Virus record (IMG/VR): IMGVR_UViG_3300005662_000121
Span: 1-33,421 of that record
Source: a virus
Lineage: Duplodnaviria; Caudoviricetes
DNA: 33,421 nt
Strand: one strand, 5' to 3'
The position numbers and the translations under genes were made by a program. The notes beneath the pieces were generated by a model. That model was not told where the DNA came from, searched no databases, and worked only from the letters and a program-made list of their open reading frames with translations. Positions 24,946-33,421 of this stretch are shown in pieces (position 1 is the first letter of the stretch; each line of letters begins with the position of its first letter).

Positions 24946-25401
24946 CTATGCGTTGGTAGCGATAGTTAATGGCCCTGTTCCTTTGAAAGAAACTGAGTAA
25001 GTAACTGGATTCTCCATATCAGCAGTCATATCTACACTCTCAATAAACGCTGAACCTGAATAAATCACATCTCCTGAAACTGGAGTTACACCACCAACTG
25101 TTGAGTTATCTACAGTAGTAAACTTAACTTGAACTGCAGTTCTAGCGATTGCTAAAGCATTCAATTCAGCAGTAGTTACATAAGTAGCAACTGTTCCTGG
25201 AACTACTGTAGCTAAGCCATCAGTTGTTAAAGACCAAGACCTTTGCCCACCAATTTCATCAGCCCATCCTAAGCTTTGTTTTGTAGATGCGTCTGGAGCA
25301 TCGATAGCCAAACTTAAAGAACATGAAGTAGCGAAACCTATTACTTCAGTTCCAATTAGAACTACTAATGAAGTTCCGTTAAATACACTTGTTGTTGCCA
25401 T
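24946..25401 (-). CDS. Major tail (tube) protein, TP901-1-like
   Basis: GFATSCSLS..STK...W.D.I.G.RSWS..YSGSAFIESV..TYSVSFKGTGPL. Confidence 0.9.
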   Translation of the reverse strand: MATTSVFNGTSLVVLIGTEVIGFATSCSLSLAIDAPDASTKQSLGWADEIGGQRSWSLTTDGLATVVPGTVATYVTTAELNALAIARTAVQVKFTTVDNSTVGGVTPVSGDVIYSGSAFIESVDMTADMENPVTYSVSFKGTGPLTIATNA

Positions 25402-25418
25402 TTTATTTTATTTTTCTT

Positions 25419-25847
25419 TTATGTTAATTGATTCACGAAATGATCCATTGTTATAACCCTTCTAAACACATATGCCTCATCCACATAGTCAAAGGTAGCA
25501 ATATTACTAGCAACCTTACAAGTGACTATTTTAAAGTCAGGTGCAGTATTAGGATAGCTTGGTGGTCTAACACCTATTATCTCTAATAGTTCATTTGCAT
25601 AAGTATCAACAGTCTTCTGTCCTACTTCTCCTGTTTTAAAAGTCCTATAAACTATGTCAAATTGGATAGTAACATTAAAAGCAAAGCTTTGTTTATTACT
25701 ATTGTCCACTTGTGTCTGACTACTGATAATCAAAAAAGGGGGCTCTACTGTGTCAGGTGCTATGGTATCATAAGCAGCTAATGAGTAGGAAGCTGAGATA
25801 AACTTATCGTAATAAGCTTTCCTTAATGTATATCCGCAGTCCTTCAT
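25419..25847 (-). CDS. Tail terminator/completion protein
   Basis: Size and position before the major tail gene; YD..P....PF. Confidence 0.7.
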   Translation of the reverse strand: MKDCGYTLRKAYYDKFISASYSLAAYDTIAPDTVEPPFLIISSQTQVDNSNKQSFAFNVTIQFDIVYRTFKTGEVGQKTVDTYANELLEIIGVRPPSYPNTAPDFKIVTCKVASNIATFDYVDEAYVFRRVITMDHFVNQLT

Positions 25848-25854
25848 TTTGGTA

Positions 25855-25862
25855 CAAATTTA
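25855..25862 (-). promoter_or_regulatory. TAnnTTTG promoter box
   Basis: Minus strand TAAATTTG in the gap. Confidence 0.5.
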
Positions 25863-25873
25863 ATGAAATATAT

Positions 25874-26320
25874 TTATATCTTAACAGACTTCAATTTCTT
25901 AAGCATAGATGTAAATACCTCGCTATAAGAACTAAACATATATGGCCTATATGGAACACCTATTACCTTATTTGATTTTTTGAATGTTAAAGCATATGCT
26001 TCTAAATCAGCCATGTTTACATTTTGGTAAACAGGTATCTGAAATCTAGTTCCTGTTCCAAACTCTACATAAGGAGCATATCTTACATTCGTATTACCTG
26101 CACTTACACTAGCCCCTTTACCTGGTACAAACTTACTATGTCTAATAGAGTTTTTTAAAGCTCCTGTTTTTACAGGTACTTCCTGTTTTGCTTTGGCTGC
26201 TATTTCTATAACGGCTGCATCTATAATAAGCTTTGATTCATCCATCATTTTTTGAGGGGCTGCATCAAACCTTTTGATTATCGCATCAACACCATATATT
26301 TTTACACCAAACTTTGCCAT
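25874..26320 (-). CDS. HK97 gp10-like tail completion protein
   Basis: PVKTGALKNSI, YAPYVEFGT and RPYM motifs. Confidence 0.9.
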   Translation of the reverse strand: MAKFGVKIYGVDAIIKRFDAAPQKMMDESKLIIDAAVIEIAAKAKQEVPVKTGALKNSIRHSKFVPGKGASVSAGNTNVRYAPYVEFGTGTRFQIPVYQNVNMADLEAYALTFKKSNKVIGVPYRPYMFSSYSEVFTSMLKKLKSVKI

Positions 26321-26640
26321 TACTTAAGCGTTGCACAACCTATTAAATAATATTGATTCAAGTCGGCTTCGTTAATAATAGAGTTAATCATATAAGTCCT
26401 TGACTTCCAAGTTATTACAAGAGCATTAGTAAATGTTTTACCTGTTGTGTATCTGATCCTAAATGTAACTCCATCATTAATACTATCCTTACCTGCTATA
26501 TTAGTCCTAGAATTGGTATTAGTGACTAATTCAGCCCAGCAAGTGTAGTATGGTACTAAAGTATTCACAAACCCTCCTGCACTATCAGAAACGCTTGTTT
26601 TAGTATTAAATGTAATCCTATTTCTTAATTGTCCTATCAT
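26320..26640 (-). CDS. Head-tail adaptor/head closure protein (SPP1 gp16-like)
   Basis: GQLRNRITF..D..GG..WA..FRIRY. Confidence 0.85.
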   Translation of the reverse strand: MIGQLRNRITFNTKTSVSDSAGGFVNTLVPYYTCWAELVTNTNSRTNIAGKDSINDGVTFRIRYTTGKTFTNALVITWKSRTYMINSIINEADLNQYYLIGCATLK

Positions 26641-27185
26641 TAGAAGATAATACTTACCCTTTTGTAAGGTTTCATTAGTTCGTAAGCCGTTGTTAAGTTA
26701 GCTGAAGGCTTAGAGCTTTCAACACTTGATTCTCTGTATTCGTACAAATCACCTACCATCTTCAACAAAGCCGTTTTCATAGACTCTGGAGTAGTGGCAT
26801 ATCCACAAGTATAAGTGAATCTAAAGTCACTCATAATAGGGGATGTGAAGTAAACCTTTTTGTATGTATCGCCTATAACTCTGTAATCTCCAACTGTCAT
26901 TGCTACCCACTCAGCACCATCCCAATATTCTACTAATGAAATAGTGTTAATAGGGGCATAAGGAAGCTCTATAAACTCATCTACATAAGCTACCACCTTA
27001 AGTGTTCTAGGACTCATAGCAACCGCAGCATACTGCTCTAATCTAATCCTAGCGGTTTCTATAAGGCTAGTAATCAAAGTATCATCCTCGCTATAATCTA
27101 CCCTTAAATAATCTTTCGCTGCTTGTAAGGTAACGATTGTTGCCGAAGGGGCTACTGTAGTCGTTACATCTCTTAGTATCTGCAT
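26640..27185 (-). CDS. Head-tail connector (HK97 gp6 / SPP1 gp15-like)
   Basis: VTLQAAKDYLRVD..DDTLI..A..; ALLKMVGDLYEYRE. Confidence 0.9.
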   Translation of the reverse strand: MQILRDVTTTVAPSATIVTLQAAKDYLRVDYSEDDTLITSLIETARIRLEQYAAVAMSPRTLKVVAYVDEFIELPYAPINTISLVEYWDGAEWVAMTVGDYRVIGDTYKKVYFTSPIMSDFRFTYTCGYATTPESMKTALLKMVGDLYEYRESSVESSKPSANLTTAYELMKPYKRVSIIF

Positions 27186-27199
27186 TATGCTAATTTTTA

Positions 27200-27207
27200 C
27201 AAAAATA
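27200..27207 (-). promoter_or_regulatory. TAnnTTTG promoter box
   Basis: Minus strand TATTTTTG-TAAAAA; same context as the box at 32150. Confidence 0.55.
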
Positions 27208-27208
27208 A

Positions 27209-27919
27209 CTAAAATTTAGTGTACTTCCATTTGAAGCCTCCTGATGATGGAATCTTACCTAAAGCAGCAGAGCTTATGTTTTTTATACCTAAACATCTTT
27301 GAGCTTCAGACACATTTCTATATTCATCTATAAACATACCATTCATAGTATATTGGTAAACCACCCTTGATTTTCCGCTATTAAGACTTTGCTTGATTTT
27401 AGTAGCTTCTGATGCTTTAGGCCTAAACTTACCTTTTTGATTTTGTGGTAGTTTAGCTATATGTTCAGCAGTAAACTTTTTGCCCTTGTTTGATTCTGAT
27501 ATTCTTTTCTTAGTTTCTTCGCTATGTTTTTTACCCATAGCAGAATTTCTTAATTTGTCAATCCACGCTTGGTCGAATATTCTTCCCTTTCTAGCTTCAG
27601 ACATTTTAGCCTTTGATTCATCACTTATAAAACCACTTTTGCCTTTGGCTTCAGTAAGTCTACAGTTAAGCCCATTCTCTCCAATAACATTATAAAAGTC
27701 TTGCCAATACCTTTCTCTTTCGTTAAGGTTTTCTGCTAAACACTCTTCAATAAATTCAATAGTATGTGCATCATAACCATACTTTTGCAATGAATTGTAA
27801 ATCCTTACTTGGTATGGCTTTGCACCATTCTTGTAATAATTTTTTCTTTTAGTAAAATTGGTTGTTTGACCAATGTAAATCTTGCCACTTAGACTTGTGA
27901 TTTTATATATTCCTATCAT
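27209..27919 (-). CDS. GIY-YIG homing endonuclease with NUMOD3/NUMOD1 domains
   Basis: GIYKIT..IYIGQT; repeated SEETKKRIS-type units; VSEAQR..I..GGFKWKY; ATG 27919 preferred. Confidence 0.92.
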   Translation of the reverse strand: MIGIYKITSLSGKIYIGQTTNFTKRKNYYKNGAKPYQVRIYNSLQKYGYDAHTIEFIEECLAENLNERERYWQDFYNVIGENGLNCRLTEAKGKSGFISDESKAKMSEARKGRIFDQAWIDKLRNSAMGKKHSEETKKRISESNKGKKFTAEHIAKLPQNQKGKFRPKASEATKIKQSLNSGKSRVVYQYTMNGMFIDEYRNVSEAQRCLGIKNISSAALGKIPSSGGFKWKYTKF

Positions 27920-27951
27920 AAAAAAAGGGAGTAGCTTTTGAACTACTCCCC
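27920..27951 (-). terminator. Intrinsic terminator after the capsid gene
   Basis: Minus strand GGGAGTAGT-tcaaaa-GCTACTCCC-T7. Confidence 0.8.
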
Positions 27952-27980
27952 TCAAAGATAGGATAATTATGTTATATTAC

Positions 27981-29147
27981 CTAAGCAACATTGCCAAAAT
28001 CCCCATAGATAAACGCACCAGCGTAATAGATAGGTAAAGCGATACGAGCTTCAACTCTTACAGTAATCATGTTCTTTGTAAAGTTATCAGCATCAAATTC
28101 AGAGAATTGAACTGAGATACCTTGATTTTGCATGATTTGAGCACCCATAGACCAGTCACCTACTACAAACTTATCTACTGCGATTGCAGTTGATTTGTAA
28201 AGAGGGATACCAGCGATAGACACATTACCATCAGTTGTAACAACTGTAGAAGCAGGTAAAGAGTACGCAGAACCAGAGTTCTTAGTGTTCATGATAGCAG
28301 CCCAATCAGTTGGGTTAACTAAAATACCTGTTGCAGAATAGTTAGAAGTTTCTAACTGAGCAATAGCTTGAACTAATTGCTCAACATCTACTGTAGCAGC
28401 ACCAGTTGCAGCAGTAGCTACACCTAAGATACCTTGTAAGTTAGGAGCAGTACCAGAACCACTTAAGATTTGAGCATCTTCAGCAACTAAATACTTCTCT
28501 AACAAACGAGATTGTAAGAAAGAAGTCATAGCAGGTATATCATCTAACATTTGGCGAGAGATACGAACATAACCAGCAATGTACTGAGCTGCTGCATCTT
28601 TCATTGTAATATCAAAATCAACTTGCTCTTTAGAAGAACCTTGTACTTGAGCTGCTGGAGCACCTTCTCCACCACTTTCATAAGGGAAAGTAAATAAACC
28701 TTGAGATAAACTACCGATTGGTAATAAACTACGCATATGCACTTTACGAGAAGGCAAAGCATATACTTGATTAGCATATTGACGAGTGATGTCACCTGTA
28801 AGGTTAACCGCTTCTGTCATGTTACCAACTGCTTTTGTATCCAAGATAAAGCTTGAACGCTTTTGTTCACCACGAGCTAATTTCGCTAAGCTATCACCAT
28901 TTTGTTCGATAGCGTCTGCAAGGGTAGCATTAAACCCTTTTACTTCAGTTTGATTCATTTTAACACGATTTTGTTTTGCTTCCAATTTTTCGATTTCATC
29001 CTTAACAACTGTAATTGAAGCTTTAGTAGCTTCTAATTCAGCCTTTACGCTTTCTAATGCACTAGCATTATCAGCCTTTGCACTTTCGATTGCTCCGTTT
29101 ACTTCGGATTTGATGCCTTCGAATGCACTTTTAATTTCTTCTACCAT
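27981..29147 (-). CDS. Major capsid protein, HK97 family
   Basis: Coiled-coil delta domain; ISRQMLDD, EDAQILSGSG, NPTDW, FTKNMITVRVEAR. Confidence 0.95.
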   Translation of the reverse strand: MVEEIKSAFEGIKSEVNGAIESAKADNASALESVKAELEATKASITVVKDEIEKLEAKQNRVKMNQTEVKGFNATLADAIEQNGDSLAKLARGEQKRSSFILDTKAVGNMTEAVNLTGDITRQYANQVYALPSRKVHMRSLLPIGSLSQGLFTFPYESGGEGAPAAQVQGSSKEQVDFDITMKDAAAQYIAGYVRISRQMLDDIPAMTSFLQSRLLEKYLVAEDAQILSGSGTAPNLQGILGVATAATGAATVDVEQLVQAIAQLETSNYSATGILVNPTDWAAIMNTKNSGSAYSLPASTVVTTDGNVSIAGIPLYKSTAIAVDKFVVGDWSMGAQIMQNQGISVQFSEFDADNFTKNMITVRVEARIALPIYYAGAFIYGDFGNVA

Positions 29148-29878
29148 TAGTTGAAAATTTTAAATGATTGTAAATATTTGTTTATTTCTATTTCTACGGA
29201 AATCATCGGATCTTCTTCCTCAGTTGGCAATGCTTCTTCAGCGGTTGGCTCAGGAGAGATTGACTCTTCATCTTCCATTTCAGATAGATATTGTTGTAAT
29301 TGCTTGAGTTTAAGTTCTAACAATTCGAATGTTTCATCAGTAAAGTGTCCATTTCTCAATGACTTAATGGTTTTACCCATCTCATCAACTAGAGTTGACT
29401 TAATCTGACTTTTAACTCCTACTGTTGGTGTATTTGCGTTTGCACCCCACAATACTGAACTTCCCTCAAACAATTTTATTTCATTGATTTCATTGTACCC
29501 TGATTTCTGTTGTGACTTAATAGTCTGAAATCCGATACTATGTTCTGTGATATGACCATCTTTATATAACTCATACAAGTCATTACCTAAAGTCGTATTA
29601 GGTATCTTAACACTTGCCTTTAAACCATAAGCATCTTCCATCATCTCATATGGCTTAGCAATGGGCTTGTCTGTAGAGTGGTTCATTAGATGCCAAATTC
29701 TATTTTTGGCTTGTGGGCCATTTTCTTTTAGTGTTTTAGTAAATGCTCCTGGTGTGATTATATCACCATCGGAATCTACATTACCAAAAGCAGAGTAGTA
29801 CATAGTAATAACTCTACTTCCATCCTCCATGTCTATTGGAGAACCTTCAATCGACTTCTTGTTATAAAAATTACTCAT
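29147..29878 (-). CDS. Prohead maturation protease, HK97 family
   Basis: FGNVDSDGDII..GAF.KTL, NH, SIGF, LFEGS.V..GAN; ATG 29878 preferred. Confidence 0.92.
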   Translation of the reverse strand: MSNFYNKKSIEGSPIDMEDGSRVITMYYSAFGNVDSDGDIITPGAFTKTLKENGPQAKNRIWHLMNHSTDKPIAKPYEMMEDAYGLKASVKIPNTTLGNDLYELYKDGHITEHSIGFQTIKSQQKSGYNEINEIKLFEGSSVLWGANANTPTVGVKSQIKSTLVDEMGKTIKSLRNGHFTDETFELLELKLKQLQQYLSEMEDEESISPEPTAEEALPTEEEDPMISVEIEINKYLQSFKIFN

Positions 29879-29888
29879 ATTTATTTGT

Positions 29889-30719
29889 TTAAGCGACATA
29901 CACCGTGCAGCATCGGCAGTTGCAGTTATTAGCTGCTCCACCACTTGCATCATGTGCATATTGCATTTCAATTACACCGTAGTTAGGAGTGTTTACCATG
30001 AATGGTTGATTCACAGGTATTCTTACTCCACCATCATCAGGGTTCGTTTGCCTATCTAATGCTAGATGCCAAGTTCTTGGACTACCAACATATTCAGCGT
30101 GAACCCATTGTTTTAGCAAAGGTATATTAATTCCTTGTGTTGCCCCAATCGCACCTGTGCTTAAAGCTTGATGAGATTCCGTTCTTGCTATTAATAAACT
30201 CCTTGAAACATTTATCTTGCCTTCTCTAAGAAGCTGAATAGCCATTGCGTTTGTTTCGTTTGTAGAAAGGTTATTAGCCCTTCCATAAGCAATCACATTA
30301 TTTAGTATTTTAGCTATCTCGTTATCCGTTGTATTTTGTATGCCGTACATTTTTGGGCCACTAATTGAAACCCAGTACGACAACATAAACGCTAACCACT
30401 CATCCATTATGTTTAACGGATCAAGGTCAAAATCTTCCGCTTTCTTATCCTTGTCAAATATCTTCTGATACCTCATAGCGGTATAGCCACCAGTACCTTC
30501 GTACAAAGTTCGTAAAATATTGCTAATCTTATCTTGGTTGAAAAATGTCTTGTTATAGTTAGCTAGTTGGAATACACCTATCTCTTTTACCAACTCCGCA
30601 GCTTTGTTAAAATCACTTTGTAAAGCCTTTTCAATTTTGGGCCTAAATTCCGTGATGGACTTCCTCGCTATGGTTTGTTGCAAATTGAATTGCTGAGAAG
30701 GTTGTAATATCTTGGACAT
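29889..30719 (-). CDS. Minor head protein (Mu gpF / SPP1 gp7-like)
   Basis: IARTE, K.W..R.WH, NCRC. Confidence 0.88.
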   Translation of the reverse strand: MSKILQPSQQFNLQQTIARKSITEFRPKIEKALQSDFNKAAELVKEIGVFQLANYNKTFFNQDKISNILRTLYEGTGGYTAMRYQKIFDKDKKAEDFDLDPLNIMDEWLAFMLSYWVSISGPKMYGIQNTTDNEIAKILNNVIAYGRANNLSTNETNAMAIQLLREGKINVSRSLLIARTESHQALSTGAIGATQGINIPLLKQWVHAEYVGSPRTWHLALDRQTNPDDGGVRIPVNQPFMVNTPNYGVIEMQYAHDASGGAANNCNCRCCTVYVA

Positions 30720-30724
30720 CCATA

Positions 30725-32134
30725 TTATTTTACAGGAGGCAAATTATAATCTCCTTGTTGTTGAGCATCTCTTGGATTCTGCAACATTGTTAACTCATCG
30801 ATAGGTAAGTAACCAGCAGGTATGTAGATAGCGTTCATGACATCATCTTGAACAGTATCGTATCTCATTGCTTGTCTTTTTTCGTTAGGTGTAATCCACC
30901 ATGATTGAGAAAGGATAGCAGATAACTCTTTCATATCCTCTTGTAACTCTGGGAACACAGTAATATCAAAATCGATATAGTATCCTTGTCCAATCTCACC
31001 TTCAAAGAATCTATTGAACGCATCACGAATTAAAACTAATTCAGGAAGTACTACTTGCGTAAGCATTTCCTTTTTAGCCTCTTTCATGTTATTGTAAGTC
31101 TTGTTATCAGGATCATTAAACAAAGCAGAGTTAACTCCGTACACATTACACAACTCACGAAGCGTAATCTTCTCTGATTCTAACAACTGAAGGTCAACAG
31201 GAGATAATCCCATATTCACCCAACCTAATTTAGCACCTGCAATTAAAATCTTACCAGCATTTTGAATAATGCCTCCTTGCGTTTTAGTTCCGTACTGATT
31301 GTAGAAATCTTCTTTTAACTTACCAGCTTGTTCAGGGCCGAAATCATTTGATTCATCTGCATACAAGATACCCTTAGGCCCTTGATTCTGCAACATCCCT
31401 ACAGAGGTATCTTTAGCATCGTTACTGCGTTGAACAGTTCTGTAAGCAGCTTGTAAAGGCGATAGTCCATATAATTGTTGTCCATTAGTGTTGAAGTAGG
31501 GGTTGAAGTATTTTAAGTGGATTACATCTTTAGCATCCAACTGATCCCACCCAACTAATGTGAAAGAGTAGCCTTCAACCCCATTGATAGTACCATCGCT
31601 AATGATAGCGACATATTGGGATGGGAGAGTAACAAGTTCAGCAACCTTGCCACTAGCTAATCTATTAGCCCATATGTAAGAGTTACCTGTAATAAGTTTA
31701 TAGCCAATGATATTCTCAATAAACTCAGAGAATGATTGGTATGGATTCGGTCTTTCTAATAATTTGTTTAGCGGACTATCAGCAATCTCATCAACTGCTT
31801 TAATCCTTACTAGCTCCGCACGAGCAATATCTGCTCCGCTTGATGCGTTAGCCATCATAGATTTATAAGTGTTCAAGTCTTTCTTGCTCTTAACCTTATA
31901 AACATAGAATGGAACTGTAGAGATTGTTTTTGAGATACGCTTGATGATAGAATAGACTTCGCTATTGTTATCGTAATCCTGTACGAACTTGGCATAGTCT
32001 AAATTTGGGTAAAGCGTTCTACCGCCTATTAAACCACCAAAATCACCAAATGGGTTATTAAGGTTCGTATTTTTTCTAGGGGCTGCCTTTTGTTTAAAAG
32101 GATTAACCGCACTTAGTATGTCCGTTAACTTCAC
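30725..32134 (-). CDS. Portal protein, HK97 family
   Basis: LLERPNP, GNSY, VIHLK, GLSPL, TPNE.R. Confidence 0.95.
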   Translation of the reverse strand: MKLTDILSAVNPFKQKAAPRKNTNLNNPFGDFGGLIGGRTLYPNLDYAKFVQDYDNNSEVYSIIKRISKTISTVPFYVYKVKSKKDLNTYKSMMANASSGADIARAELVRIKAVDEIADSPLNKLLERPNPYQSFSEFIENIIGYKLITGNSYIWANRLASGKVAELVTLPSQYVAIISDGTINGVEGYSFTLVGWDQLDAKDVIHLKYFNPYFNTNGQQLYGLSPLQAAYRTVQRSNDAKDTSVGMLQNQGPKGILYADESNDFGPEQAGKLKEDFYNQYGTKTQGGIIQNAGKILIAGAKLGWVNMGLSPVDLQLLESEKITLRELCNVYGVNSALFNDPDNKTYNNMKEAKKEMLTQVVLPELVLIRDAFNRFFEGEIGQGYYIDFDITVFPELQEDMKELSAILSQSWWITPNEKRQAMRYDTVQDDVMNAIYIPAGYLPIDELTMLQNPRDAQQQGDYNLPPVK

Positions 32135-32149
32135 TATATGATATTTTTA

Positions 32150-32157
32150 CAAAAGTA
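32150..32157 (-). promoter_or_regulatory. TAnnTTTG promoter box (head operon)
   Basis: Minus strand TACTTTTG-TAAAAA. Confidence 0.55.
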
Positions 32158-32192
32158 ACAAATTTTTAGTCTAAACCACATTGCTTCGCAAT

Positions 32193-33329
32193 CTAAACCA
32201 CCCATCCTCTCTTTGCTTTCGCATATTTTGAGTAGATAGCATAACGCATGGCATCCATCAAGTGGTCACGAAACTTAACAGGCTCATCCATTGTGTTGCC
32301 ATCATGATCCGTTTTCCACTTGTAGTTTTTAATCTCATCTAACAAATCTAAAGATTCTGATTTTATAAACAATGGAAATGATTTAACCTTGTTAATTCCT
32401 GCGAACACATCTTTGGTAGCTGACTTTAAATTAAACCCTGCTTTATTTACCTCGGCTATTGTTTTGGGTTCGGCAGCATCTGCGAATATCTCATCCCTAC
32501 GAGATAGCCCCATAGACTTTAAGCGGTCTATTAGGAGTGAGGTTGACATCTTAGTATCATATATCAGTTGCTCGACATAAATGTCACCATCAAAGTTTTT
32601 GCATCTAACAAGTGCCGTTTGGTTGTTATAACCAAAGTCAAGTCCGTAAAAAACATCTCCACCTTCAGGAAAGTTCCTTCTTCTTCTCCAATGGCTATAA
32701 ATCGTAGCTTCACTAATTGCTCTTTCCCCTAATCCATAAACTCTCCAGTATTCGTGGTCAGCATCCTTCAATCTTTCAATTTCCGCAATAATGGTTTTAT
32801 CTAGAAATGGATTATCCTTATAGGTTGTTATGGTAAAGTCGGTATCTTCCCTAGGAATGACTTTATCGTAAATCCAAGAGTAATAATCGGAAGGATTATA
32901 GTCAAGTACGATTTTATCCGTAGTTCTTAGGGCTAACTGCATCCAAGATTCGTAGTTAACCTCATTTGCCTCGTTAATAAACAGATAGTGCCTTTTACGA
33001 CCTCTAATCTTCTGCGGTTGGTCGGTAGATACAAATTCTACCGTATTGCCATTAAGGAAGTATAAGTTCTCTGATTTGTTGTGTTTATCCTCTGAATAAA
33101 GCTTATACTTAGATAGTATCTCAATAAAATCTCTCATAACCGATCCCTTGATACTTGGTAGGGATGAACGGCAAATTGTTAGGGTTTTACCTCTTTCTTG
33201 CAAAAGCTTAACTATAAACCAGGTAAGCACATTGTAAGTCTTTCCTGACCTCGTACCTCCTTGCATAACAGAGATTCTCTTCTTTGAGTTGTTTAGTACC
33301 TCAAAGACAACATTGGTGGTTACTTCCAT
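32193..33329 (-). CDS. terL: Terminase large subunit (PBSX-like)
   Basis: GGTRSGKT Walker A, LFINEANE Walker B, YGLDFG and DHLMDAMRY nuclease motifs. Confidence 0.96.
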   Translation of the reverse strand: MEVTTNVVFEVLNNSKKRISVMQGGTRSGKTYNVLTWFIVKLLQERGKTLTICRSSLPSIKGSVMRDFIEILSKYKLYSEDKHNKSENLYFLNGNTVEFVSTDQPQKIRGRKRHYLFINEANEVNYESWMQLALRTTDKIVLDYNPSDYYSWIYDKVIPREDTDFTITTYKDNPFLDKTIIAEIERLKDADHEYWRVYGLGERAISEATIYSHWRRRRNFPEGGDVFYGLDFGYNNQTALVRCKNFDGDIYVEQLIYDTKMSTSLLIDRLKSMGLSRRDEIFADAAEPKTIAEVNKAGFNLKSATKDVFAGINKVKSFPLFIKSESLDLLDEIKNYKWKTDHDGNTMDEPVKFRDHLMDAMRYAIYSKYAKAKRGWVV

Positions 33330-33362
33330 AGAAATAAATTAAAAATTTTGGTTTGCTCAAGA

Positions 33363-33370
33363 CAAAGCTA
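33363..33370 (-). promoter_or_regulatory. TAnnTTTG promoter box for terL
   Basis: Minus strand TAGCTTTG about 34 nt upstream of the ATG. Confidence 0.5.
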
Positions 33371-33421
33371 ATCCTTTTCGTTTTATAGGAAAGTAGGGGA
33401 TATCCACCATAAAGTGCATTA

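Larger units (their letters stand above)
1..33421. mobile_element. Tailed dsDNA bacteriophage (siphovirus-like), probable Bacteroidota host
   Basis: Head-tail-lysis module on the - strand converges with a replication/early module on the + strand; no bacterial housekeeping genes; repeated TAnnTTTG boxes. Confidence 0.95.

Noticed and set aside
29879-29971. N-terminal extension of the protease as given in the track
   Set aside because: It overlaps the conserved C-terminus of the minor head gene; ATG 29878 has a normal A-rich leader
984-32580. Other nested or antisense ORFs in the track (e.g. 984, 4162, 4350, 5311, 5369, 5600, 6137, 7206, 11400, 12437, 22150, 24384, 27480, 28601, 29151, 32389)
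   Set aside because: They overlap well-supported genes, lack motifs or leaders, and mostly oppose the local transcription direction
27209-33329. Group I intron or intein in head/terminase genes
   Set aside because: terL, portal, protease and capsid are uninterrupted; the endonuclease is free-standing
33391-33405. Similarity of AGTAGGGGATAT to AGTAGGGATAT at 2726
   Set aside because: Too short and imperfect to distinguish from chance
1-33421. Stop-codon reassignment
   Set aside because: Core genes are full length in code 11, and TAA, TAG and TGA all end genes

Overview
Near-complete genome segment of an AT-rich tailed dsDNA phage with siphovirus-type (HK97-like head, non-contractile tail) morphogenesis genes. 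The host is probably in Bacteroidota: TAnnTTTG promoter boxes lie in most intergenic gaps, and the leaders are A/C-rich without Shine-Dalgarno sequences. The + strand (1-10.7 kb) carries small pre-early genes, a Gp88-like Cys-cluster protein, a DnaA-C-terminal HTH protein, a putative ssDNA-annealing protein, a replication initiator, a DnaB helicase, VRR-NUC and HNH nucleases and a small SSB-like protein. The - strand (33.3-11.0 kb) carries terL, portal, minor head protein, protease, capsid, GIY-YIG endonuclease, head-tail and tail genes, a tail fibre with an S74 chaperone domain, a lysis cassette and a phosphoesterase. No integrase, terS, RT or CRISPR array was seen. Most notable: (1) the first ~2.5 kb has a sharply different k-mer signature and ends in a palindrome/A-tract repeat block, suggesting a first-injected anti-defence segment with a possible injection-pause signal; (2) a set of candidate RNA elements: a kissing-loop leader before the replication operon, a tRNA mimic with a 15-nt anticodon loop directly behind a basic Y-x-G-Q-G peptide gene, a minimal T-arm/acceptor element, and a late 3' UTR that is 19/21 antisense to an early gene's start region. 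All product calls come from motif recognition by eye; no database search was run, and all counts are manual.
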